A stretch of 64,000 bases of DNA from Balanoglossus misakiensis (lineage: Eukaryota > Animalia > Hemichordata), in contig CM082592.2 of NCBI GenBank assembly GCA_040954595.2, positions 2,607,462 to 2,671,461 on the forward strand, read 5' to 3'. Below the pieces are notes generated by a model. That model was given only the letters and a program-made list of their open reading frames with translations. It was not told where the DNA came from and ran no database searches. Every line of letters starts with the position of its first letter. Position 1 is the stretch's first letter. This document shows, piece by piece, positions 24,201-32,700 of this stretch. Both the position numbers and the translations under genes were made by a program.

Positions 24201-27200
24201 TTTTAGCACATGTTCCAATGGTCACTGGGGATGTACAGATGAATGGTGCAGTAAGTATGGACCTATTTTGTCTTGTCTGCCGTTGTCTTTTCTTGTAAAA
24301 CGTTGAATGGGGGCAGATAGATTCTGATACTTACTGTGCAGTTTTGTGGTATAAACTTTCGAGGATATAACCCCCGCCGCAGGCGGGTATACACGGGATT
24401 TGGGTACAATTCGAGACATATAGCACGAGCCGTCAGGCGAGTGCTATATGGAGCGAATGTTATCAAAATAGAGTGTATACCCGACTGAGGCGGGGGTTAT
24501 TGCTATTATATTATATCAACAACTGATTTTGTTAACGAAGCAGCGTCAGAAAAAGAGGTTACGATCGTGAACCAACATGGCGACGATGAATGTAAACACG
24601 AGCGGCCCGGGATCGTGCATTAAACATGAAGCAGACGACAAAAAGTGACAAAAGTGTAAAATATTCAGAGCAGAGTAGTTCCAAAGTAAAACGTCCGTAT
24701 ATTCGTAAAAAGTGTTTTTTTATGTTATTTATTTGGTTTAATCCCACGCGACTGTGGTTTAACCGCACATTTTCTTTACTGCATGCTAGTTCAGGGCCCG
24801 TTTTACCACTGCCAGCAGTGGTAAAACAGTATTTTACCATCGCTCTCGTCCAATCAGAATCGCGGACGGTAGCATGATATAATATAATCATGATTAGACT
24901 ATTAAAGTAAGCGTCGCCGAGACAATGATTCGAACGTCTCAACGTGAAATTGGCAAATTTGACGTCTAGAAATGGAGTAGACTAAGACTATATGGAATTT
25001 TCCCAAAATGTTGGATTGGTGTTTTAAACGATGGTTCAAGTATATGTCTCTTTTCCTGATACCTCATTAGATCCAGAACTGTGTTATTATGGAAGTCAAG
25101 AATTTGGCAACGGTACGACGCGACGAGGAGATTGTAACACTTGGTAAGATACCGTTGTTGCCAAAATCATTTCTAAGCCAGCTATATTTATAACTATATA
25201 GCAACATCAGTTTCATCGACTAAATCACATGCTGATAAATTTTAAATCGGAAAACTATCATTCATAATCCAAGTCAAAGTAACCATCTGGTTTCGAGAAG
25301 CTAATGTGTTTTCGACGATCTTTTACTCTCATTTCTAGCACATGTTCCAATGGTCAGTGGTTATGTACGGAAATGGCATGTTGTAAGTATTGGACTTTTT
25401 TTTACAATCATTTACCTACATGTTCAAACGTTTCTTCCATGACGTCATATGACTGCCTAGCGGCAAATCAGAGTCTTCACATTGAACAGAATACAATGTG
25501 GAAGTTAAAGTGAAGATGACACATTATTCTTCCCATTGCAGTGACATTTTCAGTGTTTAGCGACATCATTCTCAAAAAGAAAGAAACAAAGGCAAAATGC
25601 AGTTTTATACACGTTAATTGACTCCATAATGAAACAAGAAGAATATATCAAATTCCAGATGTTTAATAATTTTTCAAAGTGAAACTGAAGAGTCACCCCC
25701 GACAAAGTTAGAAAATACAATTCGAGATTCCCAATCTGAAAAAAAAATATGAATTTCAAAGTCTAAAAAAGTAGAAGTGGCGAATAAGAGGAACAATTTA
25801 AAGATTATCTAACCTGATGATTTTCTTGGTAAATTTTATTTTCAAGTGACACCAATGTGTCCACCGTTATACTATTTTACATGCTCAACTGATAAGCAAA
25901 GTGGACTGGATACGTGTCAGTCTGATGGCGATTGCATGATTGGAAATAAGTGTTGCACGGACGTGGTGTACGGTTGTTACAAGCAGTGTGTTACACCAGT
26001 GTACGAGGGTAAGAATGGGCCGCCTTTGATACTACACTAATTTTAGGAAAACAAAACTCGAGAAAACCGGCTGTACTGTGAAACGCTCACAGTCCACGGA
26101 CGATACGCGTGGACATTAAAAACAATCTGCGACATCCACCAGTGAGTTTCGGTACATAACACGGAGATTGATACATGTATGTTACCGTTATAATACAGTG
26201 TTCAGTTTGGCATGTTCTGTCGCCATTCTGTTTCGTATTCTCGACAGCCAATGGCTTAACAGGCAACGGTTTGTTTGTCTTCTATAGGTTCGGCGTGCCC
26301 GTTACACCCCTGTCACAATGGAGGCGAATGCGTCATAGCAAGTTCGGAATCTCAAATTGCGAATTATCAGTGTCTCTGTCCTCACGGATATTATGGAAAG
26401 CATTGTGATGGAACTGGTAAGTTTTTATAGAGTTATGACAGAAACGGGAAAAGGAGAGGAAGGGGGCATATGAGGTAAGGGAGAGAATGGGAGGGGGGTT
26501 GAGGAAGTTTGAGAGAGAGGACAAAAGTAAATAAATGTTCTATTTAGAGGTGACGAAAGTATTTTAAGCCTTTAATTTCACCCTTTCTGTTGTTTTTCTG
26601 CAGATTGTGAGCCCAATCCTTGTATGAATGGCGGAACTTGTTCCTTATCTAAAGATCCTGAAGGACCTTTGGTGTACTGTATGTGTCCCCTTGATTATAG
26701 TGGCATATTTTGCCAAGACATGACCGGTAAGATGCCACTGTTATGATATCTGCTGTTCCTGTAAAAACCATTGCAACGATTGGTGGTTTTCTGATGGATT
26801 ATGCAATAAGTATATTGCGTATTTACAAAGTATCAGGACTGCTTTTACTCTCATCTGCGTAAGAACCCGAAAGAATACGGGATATTTTGAATAATTTGTA
26901 TAGTTAGCCTATAATCATGTTTTTGTTTCATTATAGAAGACTATTAATAGAACCTGTGTGATGTTATCCACCGGATCATACTACTGTACGTGTCCCTCGG
27001 GATTTACTGGGACATTTATTCTGGTAAGAATACTTTCATCAACCGTATCCGAGAAAGAAAATGGCGAGGTTTGCTAAACGCGTGCCAATCTAGCCCTCGT
27101 TTAAATGGGCCACATGCCACGTGGCACGGGGCGATGGTTCACACATTTGCCAGTGTCCAAATGGGTATTACAGGGAGATCTGCCAACTGCATTTCTCTGG

Positions 27201-27558
27201 TAGATGAACGCCCGCACATTGTGCAATACATGTATTTCGTCCCCTTCTCAAAGAGTTTCATCCAAACATAATGCAGGTGAATATTCACGAATATGACTTT
27301 TCAAATCGTTACCCGTCATATGCATCACTACAATGCAGACTGCAAATTAACCAAGAGTGTGAACTGTTACGGTTGAGTTTCAAGCGCCAAATAACAAGTT
27401 GTCGTCTGCCTTAGCTATGTATGATCTAACAATATCACTTGTCAATTTAGGGTGTCTTCCCAACCCCTGCAAGAACGGCGGGACCTGCACGTCGTCAACA
27501 ACGGGAATGGTCCTCTGTGCCTGCAGTTCTAGATTTACCGGCGAGAGATGTGAAACTC
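3249..27558 (+). CDS. Secreted modular Cys-rich protein: signal peptide + 10 six-Cys pacifastin/VWF-E-like modules + 3 WAP + 15 EGF (~1,150 aa, ~39 exons; terminal exon not identified)
   Basis: GT-AG exons with consistent phases. Signal peptide: 3249-3312 ([21 protein letters not shown]). Six-Cys module half-exon pairs: 4027-4099/4958-5007, 5364-5430/6264-6313, 6670-6736/8434-8483, 8840-8906/10614-10663, 11019-11085/12353-12396, 12862-12934/13104-13147, 16245-16311/16521-16564, 17390-17462/17652-17695, 23931-23997/24207-24250, 25071-25143/25339-25382 (e.g. [35 protein letters not shown]). WAP: 13611-13772, 18158-18319, 25847-26008. EGF: 14057-14185, 14514-14621, 15051-15167, 15777-15884, 18604-18732, 18923-19042, 19276-19395, 19756-19863, 20300-20416, 22209-22316, 22741-22857, 23458-23565, 26288-26416, 26604-26726, 27451-27558. 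All modules are phase 1-1 and the spliced frame has no stop. Confidence 0.8.
4105..4871 (+). repeat. Complex (GA)n/poly-purine tract 1, intronic
   Basis: Almost pure A/G on the + strand; lies in the phase-2 intron splitting module 1. Confidence 0.95.
5568..6177 (+). repeat. Complex (GA)n/poly-purine tract 2, intronic
   Basis: Same composition and same 3' flank (gtttcgatggatgccg) as tract 1. Confidence 0.95.
6874..8346 (+). repeat. Complex (GA)n/poly-purine tract 3, intronic
   Basis: ~1.47 kb with recurring sub-motifs (gtgaaagtgag, gcgagagggggg). Confidence 0.95.
9044..10527 (+). repeat. Complex (GA)n/poly-purine tract 4, near-copy of tract 3
   Basis: Same order of sub-motifs as tract 3, differing mainly in run lengths. 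Confidence 0.95.
11276..12328 (+). mobile_element. 5'-truncated non-LTR retrotransposon (CR1/L2-group-like LINE): C-terminal RT region plus 3' UTR
   Basis: ORF to the stop at 12144 with RT motif LFADDT and [17 protein letters not shown]. (TTGA)n tail at 12306-12328. 5-bp TSD AACTT (11271-11275 and 12329-12333). Empty sites in the paralogous blocks at ~16497 and ~24183. Confidence 0.9.
15202..15525 (+). pseudogene. Dead EGF exon interrupted by a TTAA-target MITE (other copies at ~19430-19697, ~20450-20763, ~22892-23209; MITE-free decayed copy ~27077-27199)
   Basis: Removing the MITE and a 5-nt duplication gives the consensus [40 protein letters not shown] followed by a GT donor (six-Cys EGF pattern). 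Confidence 0.8.
15230..15423 (+). mobile_element. ~190 bp MITE with TTAA target duplication (Kolobok/piggyBac-type target); copies at 19458-19629, 20479-20661, 22920-23107, ~38968-39148 (reverse), ~45001-45187
   Basis: TIR AGGTATACAGTCACCT / AGGTGACCGTAACGT. TTAA on both sides. Empty site cgtttaaatgg at ~27098-27108. Dispersed copies in the TRPM introns. Confidence 0.85.
16681..17205. mobile_element. Hairpin-bearing non-autonomous element (copies ~24367-24885; internally deleted ~12513-12675; fragment ~1225-1310)
   Basis: ~140 bp imperfect palindrome agcaataacccccgcc...gggtatacac...gtgtatacccg...gcgggggttattgct at 16683-16824, with a dispersed fragment outside the tandem array. The right boundary is approximate and the family is unassigned. 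Confidence 0.55.
20978..22168. mobile_element. Non-autonomous PIF/Harbinger-type DNA transposon (1.19 kb)
   Basis: TIR GGGACCGTTCAGTTTTTACGGC / GCCGTAAAAACTGAACGGTCCC. 3-bp TTA TSD (20975-20977, 22169-22171). Empty site tctgccttagctatg in paralogous units. Three internal sub-repeats. Confidence 0.9.
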
Positions 27559-28213
27559 GTAAGCCAAACGTCTAATTATCATATGAAAATGAAAATCCCT
27601 AGCAAACGCCGTCGGTGACAGTAGGCCTATACAGGTTACTCCTTGTCCGTTGAGCATTTTACTGCCAGAATGTTTATCTGCGACAGTACTAGTAGGATAG
27701 ATACAATTTGCAATAGAAATGAGATAACTAGCTCTTGGCTCGAAATACACTCTGGAGAATAAATAATAATTGGGCTTGTGTGTTATATGCTTGTGTCCTT
27801 TTTATTTTTTCATAAGGATAAAAAAATGGTAAATTGAAAAATGTTCAGGGCCTGTCAAAAAACTTCTGGGAAGTTCTGTTTGGGCCACGCCCTTACACGT
27901 GACGTCACTAGAGGAACCCATTTACGTACGTTTGCAACAGACTTAGCATTGTACATTGCAGTGGTTGAATTGCAATTATACATGTCTGTGATCTAAACAG
28001 CTTTGCTGGGTCAGCCTGGGTACAACTCTGGATTCCCCGTCCCCTTCAAAATAAACGTACATATGTATACCTTATCATCTAGGGGAGATGCGATTATGAA
28101 AAAAAAAACTACCCGGCCCGGCTACAGCCTTGCATTGCAAGCAGTACACCACAGGCAATGGCAGCGGATGTGTATAGGCGCCCTACACATACAATGATTG
28201 CTGCCTCGATTAA

Positions 28214-28525
28214 AAGCTCGTAGCTCGTCTCACACGCATGTTCCAACTGTAGCCGCTGGTTACAGACGTTTAGTGAACAGTCAATCCCATAAGGCAGGGC
28301 TCTGTCCTAACGACAGAGAAGATGGCGGCGACCATAATCTGTGTCGGAGATCGGGAAAAGACACTAGCTTGGGTGAAAAGGAGGGACAAAACCAGAATCT
28401 ACTTATACGGTGCACATTAAATATATGGAAGGAAACGTCGCATTTAGGCAGTCCACTATTTGAATGCATCGAACGGAAAATTTGCTGGGAAGTTACGCGC
28501 ATGCGCGTGAGACGAGCTACCCGCT
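28214..28525. mobile_element. MITE with TTAA target (copies ~36837-37148 reverse; ~48494-48737 reverse, partial)
   Basis: TIR AGCTCGTAGCTCGTCTCACACGCATG / CATGCGCGTGAGACGAGCTACCCGCT flanked by TTAA; internal sequence shared with the two dispersed copies. Confidence 0.8.
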
Positions 28526-29772
28526 TTAACCGTGGAATATTGCCCAGAATACTGGCTTAGGACTAGAGTGTTGGGTCTAAATCTACTTATCTTGGACAAT
28601 GTCAACTTATTGACAACTGATCCGTGGTCTTTTGGCGATTCTCGATCACTGACTCAAAAGACAAAATACGCACGTGTTATTAAAACAAAATGAAGTAACC
28701 GGCAATCATGCCAGGCCGACCCACTCACGCTCACAAAGCATGAAACCTTTTCATTGATACACACGAATATCCAAGTTTATTGCGAAATACATTGGGTAAA
28801 ATCACTATTAGCCTTGATTCTTACTAAAAAGTAAACGTGTTTCTTGTATGAGCAGCAGGCAATGACTTTTTGAGAAATGGCCACAGGCTGTTAACTTTCA
28901 AATAATAGAAATGCCCTTTCACCATTCCTCGTTGTTTGCCCATTGTTCCAACCTAACCCTCTTAGTTTTACCCACAACCGCTTTTTATGTCTGAACACCC
29001 GTAAGCTCTACAACAACAATTATTGCACAGAAAATAACAAAAACCTTCTTGGATTGTATTATACTGCATACTTTATGTGTGGCAAATGTAAATTTTCTAA
29101 ACGAGTATAGAATGATATGTACTCTTCGACTGAATGGAAATTAACGTTAGCGACCTTCTTTTTATCCTTCATCAAAATGCAAATTCAAAAAAATCATCAC
29201 ATCACATTTTACATAAACTTTAAATTCACCAAATTATTATGATCGTAGTTTGACTGTATGAATTTCATTGAATAATTGTACAATTCGTACTAAATATCTT
29301 TCACCATTTGCCAATATTTGTGCCAAGTTCATTTATCAATGAAAGAAACTTTGCAAAGTTCACAACTAGAGTACAATTATTGCAACAATAGCATGGAATG
29401 TGGACATCTTCAACAATCATAATGAACTAAAAAGATTGTAATTGTACATTCCATTCCTGACAACGTAGGCAAATTGACATTATAAACGTATGTGCGCGAG
29501 GCTTTCGTCATTTTAACAGACTCTGCAACTTGTCAAAGTCCTATTCTTCCAAAAGAAGAGTAATTTGTTACAAAAGGGGTACTCTTTTTTCACTAAAAAC
29601 AACAAAAACAACTTTTGTCAAAAGTGAAGACCATATACATCTGCATTCATGTATGTTTTGACTGCTCCAGTATTTGCATTAAACTTGTTTGTTTGGTTGT
29701 TGTTGTTGTTGTTTTTTTGGAGGGGGGGGGGCTGAGCAAGAAGCATCAATTAATACACATTTGAAGGTTAGT

Positions 29773-32700
29773 TTATTGATTGCTGCTTGGTCGAGTATTT
29801 CCGTGCTGTGGACATGTCAGCCGATTTCTCTTGTAGTTTTGAATACACTTCGTACACACAACTGTACATCCACATTCAAGAGGAATGTCAGCTGAAAAGA
29901 AGTGAGCAGACAATATTGAAATCATCTCAAGGTTGATATTAGCCTGTAGACAGGCAATGGATGAGAGACATTTTAAAAATAGCTTACCAGTAGTATGGGC
30001 CTTTAAGTTTAAACGATATAAATACAAAATGTGTTTGATTCTACTGAAAGTATGACTAAAAAGTCGTTGTGGTACTTACAGACAATGTTGGTCAAACACA
30101 TGCGACACTTCCTGCAATCTGTAGTGTTGAAAAGTAACACTCCGTGGGATTTTGATAGATCCTGCAACATGATGTGTTTTATTTTAAATGATTTCAGAAG
30201 TATTTTTATTGATCTAGTGCAATTATTGTAATAGCATCCGTTTCTTTAAAGTCGACGAAAGTTGAGTTTGAAGCTATGAAAACGTGCATTTTATAACTAA
30301 ATGTATATGTGAGTCGTGAAATGTCCAAAGTTTTCATGGCGTGATACCAGCCCCGAACCAATCGACTTGCCTATTCCAACTAGATATGCGCAGTTCTGTT
30401 GTATACAGGATATTGTTGAAGAATTATGCTAGATCATAGTACATTACCTCCAACTTTCTACATACTATGTCCACATGTACTCTTTTCTTTCGCTTGGTTG
30501 TCAAACAAGACACTATAATCTGAGCAAATTCGTGTTTCAGTTTATCTGGCCAAACCTTTAAAAAGGAATACAAACGTGGATTTATGTGTATACTAAACAT
30601 GTATCAGAAGCATGATTTGTAAGTGATGTTATTTGATACCTCAAACGGACAATGGCTTCATGATCACTCACCGTGTTTTCAGCCAACTGTGCCAGTTCTT
30701 CCGTGTCTTCAAAGAAGCCATCTTCTTCCCATTGATTATGGATAAAGTCATCATCTGCAGTTGAACTTGCGAGCACACCGGTAAACAATTCCAATAACAC
30801 TATAAATAAAACAATAAATATCACTATTTATGTATGTATGTATGTATGTATGTATGTATGTATGTATGTATGTATGTATGTATGTATGTATGTATGTATG
30901 TATGTATGTATGTATGTATGTATGTATGTACGGTATGTATGTATGTACATTGTATAGTCGTTGCAAATAGTCAAACATCTTATTCTTACTTCTAATTTCT
31001 TTTCCCGGCGTTTGTTATTGTGTTAGTTGCAGGATTTTCGGGAACATGTTAACATCGAGTAATATGTCAGGTTTATGAACATTGTAAATGGAATATTTCT
31101 GTGCATATACATGTACATGTATAGGGTCGAGTTTACCTCACCTTTGCCATAGCTGAACACGTCACCAGCTGCGTCATAGTATCCTGGTGGTTTACTGGCA
31201 AGTGCTGGATCGCTGTATCCCAATGTACCACATACATACGCGTTGGCACAGACACCTTCAAGAAGAACATTGGGGTCGTGCAATTATCAGTTTATTATTG
31301 TCGCCAATAGAAAACGGTGTGTAATAACACGTAATACATTTTAAAATGAATGACAAATATTTAGTTTAAAAAAGTACTGGAGACAGAAAAAATCAATGAA
31401 ATACTCATTCGGTATTGAAGGACAGAGGTCATGTACCTGTTCTAGACTTATAGAACTTCTCTTTCGGTATTTCTCGCGTCAATCCCGTGTCCCCCAAATA
31501 TGGCCACCAAGTTTCGTCGAGTAGAATGTTCGCTGACTTGATATCACGGTGAAAAATCCTTGAGCGTCTAAAAATACAGACCAATGGCTTGAAATGGTAA
31601 CCGTTCTTTAATGTATCTTAATGTCAAATGCAAAACTGTTCCATCTGACTTTAAAGGATTAAATCTGGCTTGTTGATGGCAAGTAAGTTAAGTATTCTAT
31701 CATGATATACGACTGGCGAGAGAGACAAATTTGCTCTATGGAGACTTTGAAATTGTCATGCAGCGTGCAGAGCATTGCTTTTTTGTGTTGAAAGGGGTGT
31801 AATGCATAAATCACCTCAACTCCGTGGGTGTGTGTAGACATGATATTGCGCGTCCAATTCCAACTCCTATGACAAGCCTTTTCTGCCATGTAAGTTGATG
31901 ATTTCTTGCTTTCAGTTGATATGCTAGATCTCTGTTGGCCATGTATGGATAAACGATGCATCTGTCCAACAGAAAAGAACGCTTGGTTTCACTGATGTAC
32001 AGCTAGTCCTCGAAGGGTGTACATGTACTTGTTTCTCTAATGCCTTCTCACACTCACATTCATTGTGAACCTCCTTAGGTTTTAGATCTAAATCACAGCT
32101 TAGTTAGAAATGCATTGTGCTAAATGCAGAATGTTGAACACTCGAATGCTATAAGAAAATTGAACTACAATCTGAGTAAAATGTTCTGCAGGACTTTTAT
32201 GGAGAAACTGTTTACATGGGATTTGAACTAATGCTGGTCACTTACCCATCTTCTTCACACACAGCAAAGACAGGAAGGATGTTCGGATGCTTTACTGCAG
32301 CGACAGTCTTTTCCTGTAATTCCAGATGCGAAGAAAATAAGAGAGGATGATTATAAATGCAACTACTGCAATCAGTCATTTTATCAGCGAAATCATGTAT
32401 CTATTTTCGCTTCTGTACATTAAAAAATGGGCCAAGCTTTTACCAGTCTGTTTTAAGGTACATGTAGTACGCGCCTCCAAAATCAAAGTCTTAAACTGTT
32501 ACTCCTACAGTGATTGAGACAAATTTTGATTATTCTCAAATTGACAAAAAGTTTGGTCACGGTGCAAAATTTGGATCTTTTTCACTTAGTGGACACAACT
32601 ATACCCCATGGGCAATACCATTATTTTTTAGAGGGCGAGGGGTGGCAATGAGGGTGAGTTTGTATGGGTCACCGGTTAGGGTTAGGAGGGTTAGGGTTAG

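Larger units (their letters stand above)
10690..27745 (+). repeat. Higher-order tandem duplication of [2x six-Cys module - WAP - EGFn] blocks (three copies)
   Basis: Equivalent exons start at 11019, 16245 and 23931 (periods 5226 and 7686 bp). Introns are near-identical. The same junction (atccctag...gtc|ttattttgat) is seen at ~15938 and ~23619. Confidence 0.9.

Noticed and set aside
26945-27023. Additional EGF exon in block 3
   Set aside because: The acceptor and first Cys residues are deleted and the nearest AG gives an in-frame TGA; treated as a pseudo-exon.
4872-27745. Repeat-spacer periodicity resembling a CRISPR array or prokaryotic system
   Set aside because: Units are hundreds to thousands of bp, contain spliceosomal exons, and no cas-like ORFs exist; the window is eukaryotic.
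28198-28560. 120-aa ORF and related ORFs at 36855-37082 and 48346-48741
   Set aside because: They lie within copies of one short MITE family, with no transposase motifs or conserved frame.
30640-30671. Longer version of kinase exon 11 ending at the GT at 30639
   Set aside because: Its phase 2 would hit a stop in the next exon; the GTGAGT donor at 30671 (phase 0) keeps the frame.
31659-31961. 100-aa minus-strand ORF MHRLSIHG...
   Set aside because: Wrong frame; the same bases encode kinase subdomains V-VIa (CIVYPYM...) in exon 31961-31815.
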